This document shows positions 45,970 through 57,341 of a stretch of 64,000 nucleotides of DNA, piece by piece. The notes beneath the pieces were generated by a model. The model worked only from the letters and a program-made list of their open reading frames with translations. It was not told the DNA's origin and searched no databases. This DNA is from an uncultured Actinomycetota bacterium (lineage in GTDB: Bacteria > Actinomycetota > Actinomycetes > Mycobacteriales > SCTD01): the NCBI GenBank assembly GCA_963760125.1, contig CAVXBV010000010.1, positions 3,342 through 67,341 on the forward strand, read 5' to 3'. Position 1 is the first letter of the stretch. Each line of letters opens with the position of its first letter. The translations under genes and the position numbers were made by a program.

Positions 45970-46704
45970 TCAGGCGGTGAGCAGGTTGTTGCGCACGGCG
46001 TAGGCCGCAGCCTCGAGCCGGGAGTGCACGCCGAGCTTCACCAGCACGTTCTGCACGTGGGTCCGGGCCGTGTGCGGGCTGATGAACAGCGTGGCGGCGA
46101 TGGCGACGGTCGAGGCCCCACCCGCGAGCAGCCTGAGCACCTCGGCCTCCCGCTCGGTCAGCGGGCCACCGGGGCCGCTGGGCACCAGGGGGGCGCTGCG
46201 CTGGGAGAGGTGCCGGACGAGGGCCTCGAGGCGCCGGCCCGAGAGCACGACCTGCCCGTCCGCCGCGGCACGCACCGCCGAGATGACCTCGGTCACGTCG
46301 GACTCGAAGCTCAGGAAGCCCGCGGCGCCCGCGCTCATGACGGAGGACAGCAGCTCAGGACTCGGTGACGGGCTCAGCGCCAGCACCGCGCAACGGGGCA
46401 GCGCCTCCCGCAACTCCCTCAGCACGGCGACGCCGTCGCACGAGGTGGACTCCACGTCCATGAGGACGACGTCGGGACGGCACTGCCGGGCGGCGGCGGG
46501 GACGTCGGGCAGTCGGGTGCACGTGCCGACGACGTCGTAGCCACCGCGGTCGGTGAGCGCGACGCGCAGCACCTCAGCGAACAGCGACTGCTCCATCGCG
46601 ACCAGAGCGCGTGTCGGGCGATCGACGACGCACAGCCCGTCAGGGCCGTGCCGCTCCGTCACGCCGTTCTGCAGGCCTGCCTGCTCAGGCACGAACACGG
46701 TCAT
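45970..46704 (-). CDS. NarL/LuxR-family response regulator
   Basis: PDVVLMD receiver; LTEREAEVL...TARTHVQNVLVKLGVHSR HTH. Start is uncertain. Confidence 0.88.
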   Translation of the reverse strand: MTVFVPEQAGLQNGVTERHGPDGLCVVDRPTRALVAMEQSLFAEVLRVALTDRGGYDVVGTCTRLPDVPAAARQCRPDVVLMDVESTSCDGVAVLRELREALPRCAVLALSPSPSPELLSSVMSAGAAGFLSFESDVTEVISAVRAAADGQVVLSGRRLEALVRHLSQRSAPLVPSGPGGPLTEREAEVLRLLAGGASTVAIAATLFISPHTARTHVQNVLVKLGVHSRLEAAAYAVRNNLLTA

Positions 46705-46885
46705 CCCAGCACCCCCGTCCACCGTGACCCCAGGGGAAGGAGTGCGGTGAAGGGCTGTGGCTATCACCAAAATTCACCGGCTGTCCACCTCTGCGTCAGA
46801 TGACACAGAATGCGCAGCGTGCTCGGGAACGACCGGATGACGCGGGATACCCCAGCCGACGTAGTGCGGGTGCTGCTGCCGTGGC

Positions 46886-47653
46886 ATGACCGTTCCCGCG
46901 CGGGGCCGCAGGCTCCCTGGGGTGTCGACCTCCCGTGTCCTGCTCGTGGACGAGCGACGGCTGCTCGCCGGCGGCCTCGCCCAGCTCCTGCGCGAGCACC
47001 CCTTCGTCGCTGAGGCGCAGGTGCTGCAGGACCGCACCGCGTTGGCGTCCGCCATGACCGGCGGGTGGGACGTCGTGCTCTGCAGCGAGCCGTACGCCGG
47101 ACCGGTGCTGCGGTTGGCCGGTCCGCAGACGCGGGTGCTGGTGCTGGTCCAGGACCCCGACGTGCCGAGGGTCGCCGCGCTGCTGCGCCGCGGCGCCGCG
47201 GGCGTGTGCTCCCCGGAGGACGGGCTCGAGGACGTGGCTCAAGCGGTCGCGCAAGCAGCCCGCTGGGAGATGCGGCTGCCGACCCACCTGGTGGCCGGGG
47301 TGCTGGAGGAGCTCCAGCGCCTGCAGGTGCTCGCCGACGGCGCCCACGAGGTCCTGGGCCGCCTCACGGAACGGGAGCGGGACGTGCTGCTCGGCCTGGG
47401 CCAGGGCAACGGGCGCACCGAGATCGGTCGCGAGCTCGGGCTGTCCACCAACACCGTCCGCACCCACGTGCAGCACGTGCTGCGCAAGCTCGGGCTGCAC
47501 TCACAGCTCGAGGCCTCCGCGTACGCCCGAGACCTCATGGCAGCGCTGGCCGAGCCCTCCGACGTTCCGGGTGCCCTCGTCCTGGACCTCGACGTACCCC
47601 GCCCGGGCCGGGACCCGCGTTCGACGGTGGAAGGGCTCATGCACCTGCAGTAG
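46886..47653 (+). CDS. NarL/LuxR-family regulator with an atypical receiver domain
   Basis: LTERERDVL...TVRTHVQHVLRKLG HTH; the phospho-Asp position reads DVVLCS. Confidence 0.85.
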   Translation: MTVPARGRRLPGVSTSRVLLVDERRLLAGGLAQLLREHPFVAEAQVLQDRTALASAMTGGWDVVLCSEPYAGPVLRLAGPQTRVLVLVQDPDVPRVAALLRRGAAGVCSPEDGLEDVAQAVAQAARWEMRLPTHLVAGVLEELQRLQVLADGAHEVLGRLTERERDVLLGLGQGNGRTEIGRELGLSTNTVRTHVQHVLRKLGLHSQLEASAYARDLMAALAEPSDVPGALVLDLDVPRPGRDPRSTVEGLMHLQ

Positions 47654-47732
47654 GCGGTACGACGCCGTGGCGATGACGGGGGTCGCGCACGACCGCGAGG
47701 GTCAGGCGACAGGGACGAGGAGCGGGGGAAGC

Positions 47733-49301
47733 ATGAGTGTGGGGACCGTGGCCGTGAGGCTGCCACGATCGCGGGTGCGAGGCCGGCACGCCACGAGGGC
47801 CACAGCCGCGAGCCGGGCGAGGGCCGTCGCCCTCAGCGGACCGATGGCGCTGACCGCGGTGGTAGCCGGTGGCGCAGCCCTTCGGCTGGTCCAGCTGGGG
47901 ACCGTGGGCTTCAACAGCGACGAGGCGGTGTACGCCGGTCAAGCGGCCAGCATCGCGGGAGACCCTGGCCTGACGCCGTACTTCCCGGTCTTTCGGGCTC
48001 ACCCGATGCTGTTCCAGACCCTGCTGTCGCTGTTCTACCTGGACGGCGTGAACGACGTCGCCGGTCGCGTGCTCGCTGCGGCGTTCGGGATCGGCACCGT
48101 CGTGGCCGTCTTCCTCACCGGGTCGCTGCTCTACGGTCGGCGCACCGGCCTGCTCGCCGCCGCCGTCATGGCCGTGATGCCCTACCACGTCATCGTGTCG
48201 AGGCAGGTGCTGCTCGACGGACCCATGGCCTTCTTCGCCACGGTCACGCTCTACCTGCTCGCGCGCTTCGCCCTGAGCGGTCGCGCCTCCTGGCTCTATG
48301 CCGCCGGGGGCGCGTTGGGGCTGACGTTCCTGAGCAAGGAGACGGGCGCGCTGCTGCTCGGCGCGATGTACGCCTTCTTCGCCCTCAGCCGCGAGCTGCG
48401 GGTCCGCCTGCGCGACCTGGTGCTCACGGCTGTCTGCTTCCTGGCGGTCGCGACGCCCTACCCGTTGTCCTTGGTCTTCAGCGGCAAGAGCTCGACGGGC
48501 TCCAGCTTCCTTGCCTGGCAGCTGTTCCGGCGACCCAACCACGGGCTGTGGTTCTACGCGGCCCACGTCCCTCCCGCCCTCGGCTACGGCGTGGTCCTCG
48601 CGGCCCTGGTCGCCGTCGTCCTGACACGGCGCGGCTGGACGTGGCGGGAGACGTTGCTGCTCTGCTGGGTCGCCGTCCCGGTCGTCGTGTTCGAGGTCTG
48701 GTCGGTGAAGGGGTTCCAGTACCTGCTGCCCATCGCGGCGCCGATGGCCATCCTGGCCGCCCGGGGAGTGCTCCTCCTGCCCGAACGCGCCCGCCTCGTC
48801 CAGGCTCAGCAGCGTCGGTGGGTGGGAGCCCTCGTGGCGGTGCTGCTCCTCAGCCTGGCCGTTCCGTCCTGGCGCGCCTCTCACCCCTCCGGAGACACGA
48901 CGTTCCTCGCCGGATCCGGTGGTGTGCAAGGCGGTCGGGAGGCCGGTGAGTGGGTCGGCGCCAACGTGCCGGAGGGGGCGCGCATGCTCGCGCTCGGACC
49001 GTCCATGGCCAACATCCTGCAGTTCTACGGACACCGCAAGGCGTTCGGGCTCTCGGTGAGCTCGAACCCGCTGCACCGCAACCCGACCTACGAGCCGGTC
49101 GGCAACCCCGACCTGGCGATCCGCACCAACACGGTGCAGTACGTCGTCTGGGACTCCTACTCGGCCGGCCGCTCCCCCTACTTCTCCACCCAGCTCATGA
49201 GGTACGTCGAGCGCTATCACGGACGCGCCGTACACACGCAGAGCGTCATCGCCGACGGCCTGGCCCGACCCGTCATCGTCATCTACGAGGTGCGCCCATG
49301 A
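47733..49301 (+). CDS. GT39/ArnT-like polyprenyl-phosphate-dependent glycosyltransferase
   Basis: NSDEAVY, HPMLFQ and multiple TM segments. Confidence 0.85.
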   Translation: MSVGTVAVRLPRSRVRGRHATRATAASRARAVALSGPMALTAVVAGGAALRLVQLGTVGFNSDEAVYAGQAASIAGDPGLTPYFPVFRAHPMLFQTLLSLFYLDGVNDVAGRVLAAAFGIGTVVAVFLTGSLLYGRRTGLLAAAVMAVMPYHVIVSRQVLLDGPMAFFATVTLYLLARFALSGRASWLYAAGGALGLTFLSKETGALLLGAMYAFFALSRELRVRLRDLVLTAVCFLAVATPYPLSLVFSGKSSTGSSFLAWQLFRRPNHGLWFYAAHVPPALGYGVVLAALVAVVLTRRGWTWRETLLLCWVAVPVVVFEVWSVKGFQYLLPIAAPMAILAARGVLLLPERARLVQAQQRRWVGALVAVLLLSLAVPSWRASHPSGDTTFLAGSGGVQGGREAGEWVGANVPEGARMLALGPSMANILQFYGHRKAFGLSVSSNPLHRNPTYEPVGNPDLAIRTNTVQYVVWDSYSAGRSPYFSTQLMRYVERYHGRAVHTQSVIADGLARPVIVIYEVRP

Positions 49302-50786
49302 CCGCCGTACGCCGTTCGCTGGCGCTGCTCGCTGCTGGCGGCCTGCTGCTCCCCGTCCTCGCCGTCGGCGGTGCGACCATCACGTCGGCCGAGCCCCGCC
49401 CTGCGAGTGGGTCGTCCGGCACCGGCCCGGCGGTGACGGGCTTCATCGGACCGCTGACCGCGGAGCGCACCCCGGCCGAACGGCTCCCGACGACCACGCC
49501 GCTCAAGCACGTCATCAGCCTGATGCAGGAGAACCACAGCTTCGACAACTACTTCGGCACCTACCCGGGCGCCGACGGGATCCCTGCGGACACTTGCATG
49601 CCGCGCGACCCCGAGAACGTCGCCGCCGGGTGTGTGAAGCCCTACCACCTGGGAAACCGGCCCATCTCGGACCTGGGTCACAACCGCACGGTGTACGACG
49701 CGGAGCTGGCCGGCGGTGCCATGAACGGGTTCGTCAGCGCCTTCGCCCGCCAGGGGATCCAGGACCCGACCCAGGCCATGGGCTACTACGACGACCGGGA
49801 CATCCCCTGGTACTGGAACGTCGCGGACAACTACGCGTTGTTCGACCGGCACTTCACGTCGTCTCAGGGCGGCAGCATCAGCAACCACATGTTCTGGGCG
49901 ACCGGGTCAGTCCGGTCTCCGTCCGAACGGTTTCGAGATCGTCCCCGACGCAGGGTTCAACGTCCCGACGATCTTCGACCGCCTCCAGGCGGCCGGGGTG
50001 TCCTGGAAGTTCTACGTGCAGAACTACGACCCGACGATCACCTTCCGCAACCGGGCCCCCGGGGACCGCGGTGCACAGGTCGTGTGGGTCCCGCTGCTGG
50101 CGATGCCGCACGTCCTGGACGACCCCGACCTGTTCAAGAACATCGTGCCGATCGAGGAGTACTACGCGGACCTGGCCGCCGGGACGCTCCCCGCCGTCTC
50201 CTACATCGTCCCCTCGGGAGCGAGCGAGCACCCGCCCGGGAGCATCGCCGCCGGGGAGGCGTTCGTGCGAACGCTGGTGACGTCGTTGCAGCGGAGCAGT
50301 GCCTGGCCCACGTCGGCGTTCCTCTGGAGCTACGACGACTGGGGCGGTTGGTACGACCACGTCCGGCCCCCGGTGGCCGACGCCTACGGCTACGGGTTCC
50401 GGGCGCCGTTGCTCATGGTCAGCCCGTACAGCAAGCGCGGGTTCATCGACCACCGCACCGCCGACTTCACCTCTCAGCTCGCTCTGATCGAGCGGAACTG
50501 GGGTATCGCGCCCCTGACGAGCAGGGACGCCAAGGCCTACCCGTTGACCGACGCCTTCGACTTCACCGCCCCTGCCAGGTCGGCGGTCATCCTGTCGACC
50601 TCACGGACCCCGGAGGTCCTGGTCGCCCCCCGTCGCAACGTGGTCTACGCGTCGTACGGCGCCGCAGGGCTCATCTTCCTGGCCGTGGTCGCCCTGGCTG
50701 CCCTGCTGGCGCGGCGTCGGACCATCACCCTCCCTGTCTCGGGCGTGCGACGCCCGGGACTCCCGCTCGCACCCCGGAGTGCCTGA
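49298..50786 (+). CDS. Phosphoesterase (phospholipase C/acid phosphatase family), frameshifted near 49905-49940
   Basis: MQENHSFDNYFG in one frame; SEHPP, YDDWGGWYDHV and GFRAP in another; C-terminal TM anchor. Confidence 0.82.
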
Positions 50787-51968
50787 TGCGTTTGCGATGG
50801 ACTGCCCATCCTCGCGTTCTTGCCGCTCTGCTCGATGGGCGTGGCTGAACCCGGCGTGGGCCGCCCCGCTCGGCGCGGATCTGGTCACAGTGGCAACGCT
50901 GCCGCCGCGCCTGGGTTCGGCTTCGAGTACGCCGGAAAGGCCTACAAGCAGGCGCGGACGGCTACCGGGGAGTCAAGTGTCCCCGAGCGCTCCCTGTCCC
51001 AGACGAGGACAGCGGGTTGCAGCCGCTCACGCTGCGCGTTCCGCACGGCCCCGGCGAGGTGGTGTTCGACCGATGGTTCGGCCTCGGACACCTGCACGAC
51101 GAGGGAGGGACGGCCATGGCGACGCTGAAGACCTCCTACCCGGTACGGTTGGCTTTCCAGAACCTGGAGGGACCAGTCGGTTCGAAGCAGCGGACCTCGG
51201 TTCGGTGAAGCTGAAGAGCAGCACCGGGTACATCGTTGAGGTGCCGGCGAACGAGCCGACACGGTCCTGCTGCAGGCGGATCGGGTGGTCCCCGACAACA
51301 ACGGGCTGCAGGTGAAGCAGCTGTACTTCACGGTCCAGTCGGTGGACGTCGAGGGCAACAACGTCGTGAACCGTTCGCAGACCAAGTTCTTCCCCGCCAC
51401 CGATCGGGTCGTCCAGGTCCCGCTCCTGTTCTTCGACGCCACGGTGCGGGCCCGCGACGCCCTGTTCGGCTTCGGCCTGTCGGGTGACCTGCTGATGCGC
51501 TACCCCAACGGCCAGGAGCGCACGCTGCGGCTCGGATCGGACGGCAAGGTCGAGCTGCCCGGCCTCGCGCGGGGGCAGTACGACCTGACCGTGTCCGGTC
51601 CCGGGTTGCGGGTCTCGCAGCCCGTCTCGATGTCGCGTCGCCAGGTGGTCGACCTGAAGGTCTTCACCTGGCTGGACGTGGTCGTCGTCAGCGTCCTGGC
51701 GCTCGTCCTGGCTGGTGGTCTGCTGTGGTGGGGCCGGCGGCTGCACCGGCGGCGAGGGCGTTCTGCTCCCGGCCCCGAGGGGGCGGGTCGGGGTCGCTGC
51801 TCCCCGAGGAACCGCTGCCCGCCCCGCACCTCCGGCGCAGGTGCCGGAGCAGGGCACCGAGCCAGCGCCGTGCCGCGAGCCGTCGGTCCCTTTCTCATCC
51901 ACGCCGGGCCGCTGCCGCCGCGGTCATCGGCCCCGCCGGTGCGGAAAGCGGAGAGCGAGTCGTCGTGA
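50786..51968 (+). CDS. Membrane-anchored secreted hypothetical protein with multiple frameshifts
   Basis: ATG overlaps the upstream stop. The C-terminal frame (51285-51968) reads as an Ig-like protein plus TM; the N-terminal part is broken by indels. Confidence 0.5.
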
Positions 51969-53091
51969 GAAGGCTCGGGCCGGCGGTCGTGCTGGCACTC
52001 ACCCTGACCCTGCTTCCGGTCCAGGGTCAGGCCGCCGCTGCACCCCGCGCGGCCGGAGCGTCCGCACCCATCCCGGTGCTGGCCTACTACTACATCTGGT
52101 TCAACGCCACCTCGTGGAACCGTGCCAAGCGGGACTTCCCCTCGGCCGGTCGCTACACCAGCGACGAGCCGAGCGTGATGCGTCAGCACATCCGGGCGGC
52201 GCAGGCTGCCGGCATCACCGGCTTCCTCGTGTCGTGGAAGGACACGCCGCAGCTCGACGAGCGGCTGGACAAGCTGGTCCGGGTGGCGGCCGAGGAGCGC
52301 TTCACCTTGGGGATCGTCTACCAGGGGCTCGACGTCGTCCGGGAGCCATTGCCGGTCACGCGGGTGCGCAACGACCTCGTGCAGTTCTCGAAGCGCTGGG
52401 GGAGCAACCCGGTGTTCGACCTGTTCGGCCGTCCCCTGGTGGTGTGGGCCGGGACCTGGCGGTTCACGACCTCCGAGGTGGACCTGGTGAGCAAGCAGGT
52501 GCGACCCGGGTCTTCAGCTCCTGGCCAGCGAGCGGCAGACCAAACGCTGGTCCGAGATCGGTCCGCTCGTGGACGGGAACGCCTACTACTGGTCCTCCGT
52601 GGACCTCGAGAAGGACACCCGCGCCACGAGCAAGCTGCATCGACATGGGCGAAGCCGTCCACGCCACCTCGGGGCTGTGGCTCCCGTCGGTCGCTCCGGG
52701 GTTCGATGCCCGGTTGATCGGCGGGACCAGGGTCGTGGAGCGCCAGGACGGAGCCACGTTGCGGCAGGAGTGGGCGTCCGCCACGGCGTCGTCCCCTGAC
52801 GCGCTCGGCCTCATCAGCTGGAACGAGTTCACCGAGGGCACCTACGTCGAACCCAGCCGGGAGTACGGCGACACGGCGCTGCGCACCGTGGCTGCACTGA
52901 CCGGCGCCCGTGGTCCCCAAGGGGAGCTCGACTCCTCGTCCCCTGCGGGGACGTCGTCCTCCGGCCCCTGGCGGGCCGGTCTCATCGGAGGTCTTCTCGT
53001 GCTGCTCGTCCTGTTCGCGGTCGTGCGCTCCGTCCGTGTACCTCGATCCGCGCCCGCTCTCCCCGTCGAACCGCAGGCAGGTACCCCGTGA
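51965..53091 (+). CDS. Glycoside hydrolase GH99/GH71-like, frameshifted around 52510-52645
   Basis: VLAYYYIWF, AGITGFLVSW, VAPGFD and ISWNEFTEGT motifs; signal peptide and C-terminal TM. Confidence 0.72.
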
Positions 53092-56000
53092 GCCGGGGAC
53101 CGCGCCTCGTCGGCGCAGGCGTCCTGCTCGCCACCTCGGTCCTCGTCGCGCTCGGGCCAGGCGCCGGTCACGCCGCCTCGGCCGGTGAGGGCGAGTCCCG
53201 GGCGTGGCCGTACTGGAAGACCGACCTGCATGCGCACTCCGTCGTCAGCGGGGACGCGACCGCGGACTCAGGGATCATCGCGACGTACGCGAAGGAGCAG
53301 GGGTTCAACGCGGTCTACCTGACCGACCACCAGGCCGCCAGCTACAACGTCATCGGTGGTGTCGTGGCTTCGCACCTGAGCTTCGACGACGACGCGGGAG
53401 CCAACCGCCAGTGGAAGGACGAGCCTAGCGCTCCGACCGCGACCGCGACCGCGACGCGGTCGACCGAGCATGCGCTGAGCGGCACCAACGGCTACCTCGT
53501 CTCCGCCACCGGCGCCCGTGAGGCGTTCGGGTGGATCAAGAGGGGTCCGAACCTGCGGAGCGGTCAGATCACGGCGAAGTTCAGCGTGTACCCCACCAGG
53601 ATCGACCCCGATGCCGGCCTCTACTTCTCCTTCTCCCTGGGCGGGGACGCCACGGTGCCGAGTCGGGAGAGCGACGGCTACACCACCCAGGCAGGGACCG
53701 TGCTCCCCGGACGCAGCACGACGTTCGTCTGGCAGCTCGGCGCGGCCCGGTCCGCCACCGACGACGGCACCACCCGGGTGGTCACGAGGCCACTGACCTA
53801 CTCGCTGAACACCTGGAACACCTACACGATCGACGTGACCCAAGCGATCCTCGACGCGTTTCCGGATCCGGAAACGCGGCCGGGCGACCTGAACGCCCTG
53901 CTCTTCCTGAAGATGGCGGCCTCTTCCTCCGGCGGCACCGCCACCGGGTGGTTCGACGCCCTGAGCGTCGACGCGGCGAACGCCCCGACCAAGTCCGCCG
54001 GCGCCGCAGCGGCGTCGGCGGACGACTTCATCGCCCGCAACGCCGCCATCAGCACCTGGGACACCCCGACCTTCCGGCTCCTGCCGGGGCAGGAGATGGG
54101 GGGCAACGACCACGCTCAGAGGTTGCACTTCCCGATCACCGATCCGGCCCAGTGGCAGCAGTTCAGCAAGGGCGTGGAGGGCATCCCGACCGTTCAGGCC
54201 TCGGGTTACCCGGTGCAGCTGAACCACCCGGGACTCCCCGGTGGCGTGACTGATGAGGAGGCCTTGACCAACCGCGCGTACGGCGCGGAGGCGATGGAGG
54301 CGGTGGAACGCGGGGTGAACGACGTCATGATCCGCGACTTCGACCTTCTCCTGCGTCAGGGCGAGCCGCTCGTCGGGACGTGGACCAGCGACAGCCACCG
54401 CGACGCGACGTTCGGCCCTGCGACCTTTCTTCAGGCTCCGGTGCTCAGCGGCGACGAGCTCCTGCACAGCCTGTTCGAGGGCCGCGCCTTCCTCGCGAAG
54501 GTCGACTTCCCCGGACAGGTGAGCTTCACGCCTGACCTGCGGGGGGGCAGCTACCCGGCCCGCTACCCGAAGTACCGCAGCGTGGACGAGCCGTTGTCGG
54601 CGCTCCGCCTGCAGATCACCGCCGGGATCCCCGCCGGTTCGAGCGTCGTGTGGCTCCGCGACGGCGCCGTCGTGCGCAGTGACGTGGTCGCGACCGACGG
54701 TGGCTACGACGGTCAGCTCGTGCTGTCCGTCCCGTCCGGCTCGACGCCCGTCCGCGCTGAGGTGCGCCGGCCGGATGGCTCCCGCCTGCTGATGACGGAG
54801 CCGGTGATCCTTCGCACCAGTGCCGCGCTGCCACGCGGCGTGTCCGCGCATCTCGAGCGGGTGGTCACACCCTCGGGGACGGGCTACACGAGTCGATCGA
54901 TTCCCGGCGTGACCGGCCTCGCCTTCGACGCGGCAAGTGGTGCCCTCACGACGACGGTCGGAGCTCCCGCGGGAAGTCGTCTCCTGGAGGTTCTGGGCAC
55001 CGGGTCCCGCGTACCGGCGGAGGTGCGTCGCGACGGTCAGGTCCTGCCTCGGTTGGCCTCGCGGGCAGCACTGGCCGCGACGGCAGAGGAGGGCTGGGCC
55101 TTCGACGAGACGAGGCACGAGCTCGTGGTGCAGGGGATCGGCCAGACCACGTCGACAGCCCTGAGCGTGACGCTGGTCCCTGGCGCCGACACGACTGCTC
55201 CCTCGACGCCGGCGGCGTTCACGGCCCTTGCCCTCAACGCCCGCACGGTTCGCCTGGCGTGGGAGGCCTCCGAGGACGACACCGGCGTGACGCGGTACGT
55301 CGTACGGCGCAACGGGGCGGTCATCACCGCGTTGACGTCGGGGGTGACCACCTGGGACGACACGTCCGTGAGCCCTTCCACCGACTACACCTACGCCATC
55401 GAGGCGGAGGACGCGGCAAGCAATCATTCTGGCCAGGTCACCGCGCAGGTCCTCACCCAGAGGACAACGGTGACCACCGTCGGCCCTCTGGCGGACACCT
55501 ACGCAAGTTCGACGGCGCCGTCGTCGTCCTACGGCACGGCGAAGACGATGAAAGCGGACTCGTCGCCTGAAGTGGTCTCGTTCGTACGATTTCCCGCACC
55601 TCCGCCGGCCGCTGCCCTTCTGGGTGCGTCCCTGCGACTGACCAGCAGCGCCGCGCTCCCGTCCGGCGTTCGCGTCCACCTGCTCGACAACCACACCTGG
55701 GGTGAAGCGACTCTGAACTGGAACAACGCACCTCCGCGAGGAGCCCAGATCGCCGCCTCCACAGCGATGTCGGGTGGGGCCGAGTCAGCCATCGACGTCC
55801 TCGCTGGGGTGGGCAGTGCCACCGTTGACTTGGCCCTGACTAATCCGAGCCCAACGAACGTCAGCCTCTACACCAAGGAGAACGGGACAGCCGTGCCTCG
55901 CTTGGTCTACGAGACCTCCACCGTGGCCCCGACCCTCGGGGCGCTCAGCCTCGCGACGCGCGAGGACCAGCCCGTCACGTTCACCCCGACGGTCGGAGGC

Positions 56001-57341
56001 GGCAACGGGAGTCCGCTCACGTGCCGCGTCGTGACCCCACCGGCCAGCGGCACGGCGTGGGTCGCCGGGGACTGCAGCACGGGGGAGGTGTCTCCCGGGC
56101 GCGACTTCTTCGGGACGGACGGCTTCGACCTCGAGGTGACCGACGGCGCGCAGCGGGTCCGGGCGCACGCACGTCTCGACGTCTCTGCCGTCAACGACCC
56201 GCCCTCCATCGACGAGGAGGTGCTGGGCGCCAGCACCGATGAGGACACACCGGTGAGCGTCACCCTGGCGGGCTCCGACGTGGACGGCGACTGCCCCCTC
56301 GCCTTCACGATCGTGTCCCCGCCCAGCCACGGGCGGCTCGGCCCGCTCAGCGACATCACGTGCACCGGAGGCAGCGCGAGTGCGACCACGCTCTACACCC
56401 CGGACCGTGACTTCCACGGCAACGACGCCCTGTCCTTCCGCCTGACCGACCCCTCCGGGGCGAGCTCGAACGCCGCCGGCGTCGGCATCACCGTGGCGGC
56501 GGTCAACGACGCCCCCACGGCAGGGGACCGCGCGGTGTCGGTCGCGGCCGGTTCCGCGGCGACGTGGACACCGGCTGCCACGGACGTGGACGGTGACGCG
56601 CTCAGCTGCAGCATCAGCGCTCCGCCGTCGAAGGGCACCGCCTCGGTGGCCGGGGACTGCACCTCGGGCTCCTACGTCGCCTCAGGGACGTCGTCCGGGT
56701 CTGACTCCTTCACCTACGCCGTCAGCGACGGCATCGCGTCAGCCAGCGCCACGGTGTCCGTCACCATCAGCGGGGCACCGGTCCTGATCTTCGACGACTT
56801 CGAGACCGGGGGCCTCGCCGGCTGGACCGTCGGCGGCAGCGCCACGGCGTCCGAGGCCAACCCGCGGGCCGGGAACTGGGCTGCCGATGTCGACAGCACG
56901 ACAGGAGGACCGGCGTTTCTCAAACGGCTGCTCCCCGGTACCCCGGCGGCGACGACCACGCAGGCGTGGGTGCGGGTGGGCTCCAGCCCGACATCGGGGC
57001 TCACGGCCCTGCTCAGGTTCCGTGGTGCCGACGACGCAGCCCTGCTGACCCTGTCGGTCGACAGCAGCAGGCGACTCAAGCTCCGCAACGAGGTGACCCG
57101 CGTCGTCCAGCCCTCGGCGACCGCGCTGCCGCTCGGCGCCTACGCCTTCGTGGAGGTGCGCGTCACCACAGCGGGGCCGAACAGCACCGTGCGCGTGCTC
57201 GTGAACGGGGTCGGCGTCAGCGGGCTGGACATGGATGCTGACCTCGGTCCGGGGCGGGTGGCGGCGGTCCAGCTCGGCGACAACGCGAAAGGTCCGACGG
57301 GGCGCTTCGCCTATGACGACGTCCGGGTGACCGGCGCGTGA
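53088..57341 (+). CDS. Large secreted multidomain protein: PHP-like metallohydrolase, Fn3, DNRLRE/CBM96-like, tandem Ig/cadherin-like repeats
   Basis: DLHAHS, TDH, GQE, NHPG and SDSH; DTTAPSTP...DAASNHS (Fn3); ADTY...W.E..LNWNNAP; VNDPP/VNDAP and D.DGD repeats. Confidence 0.75.
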   Translation: MSRGPRLVGAGVLLATSVLVALGPGAGHAASAGEGESRAWPYWKTDLHAHSVVSGDATADSGIIATYAKEQGFNAVYLTDHQAASYNVIGGVVASHLSFDDDAGANRQWKDEPSAPTATATATRSTEHALSGTNGYLVSATGAREAFGWIKRGPNLRSGQITAKFSVYPTRIDPDAGLYFSFSLGGDATVPSRESDGYTTQAGTVLPGRSTTFVWQLGAARSATDDGTTRVVTRPLTYSLNTWNTYTIDVTQAILDAFPDPETRPGDLNALLFLKMAASSSGGTATGWFDALSVDAANAPTKSAGAAAASADDFIARNAAISTWDTPTFRLLPGQEMGGNDHAQRLHFPITDPAQWQQFSKGVEGIPTVQASGYPVQLNHPGLPGGVTDEEALTNRAYGAEAMEAVERGVNDVMIRDFDLLLRQGEPLVGTWTSDSHRDATFGPATFLQAPVLSGDELLHSLFEGRAFLAKVDFPGQVSFTPDLRGGSYPARYPKYRSVDEPLSALRLQITAGIPAGSSVVWLRDGAVVRSDVVATDGGYDGQLVLSVPSGSTPVRAEVRRPDGSRLLMTEPVILRTSAALPRGVSAHLERVVTPSGTGYTSRSIPGVTGLAFDAASGALTTTVGAPAGSRLLEVLGTGSRVPAEVRRDGQVLPRLASRAALAATAEEGWAFDETRHELVVQGIGQTTSTALSVTLVPGADTTAPSTPAAFTALALNARTVRLAWEASEDDTGVTRYVVRRNGAVITALTSGVTTWDDTSVSPSTDYTYAIEAEDAASNHSGQVTAQVLTQRTTVTTVGPLADTYASSTAPSSSYGTAKTMKADSSPEVVSFVRFPAPPPAAALLGASLRLTSSAALPSGVRVHLLDNHTWGEATLNWNNAPPRGAQIAASTAMSGGAESAIDVLAGVGSATVDLALTNPSPTNVSLYTKENGTAVPRLVYETSTVAPTLGALSLATREDQPVTFTPTVGGGNGSPLTCRVVTPPASGTAWVAGDCSTGEVSPGRDFFGTDGFDLEVTDGAQRVRAHARLDVSAVNDPPSIDEEVLGASTDEDTPVSVTLAGSDVDGDCPLAFTIVSPPSHGRLGPLSDITCTGGSASATTLYTPDRDFHGNDALSFRLTDPSGASSNAAGVGITVAAVNDAPTAGDRAVSVAAGSAATWTPAATDVDGDALSCSISAPPSKGTASVAGDCTSGSYVASGTSSGSDSFTYAVSDGIASASATVSVTISGAPVLIFDDFETGGLAGWTVGGSATASEANPRAGNWAADVDSTTGGPAFLKRLLPGTPAATTTQAWVRVGSSPTSGLTALLRFRGADDAALLTLSVDSSRRLKLRNEVTRVVQPSATALPLGAYAFVEVRVTTAGPNSTVRVLVNGVGVSGLDMDADLGPGRVAAVQLGDNAKGPTGRFAYDDVRVTGA

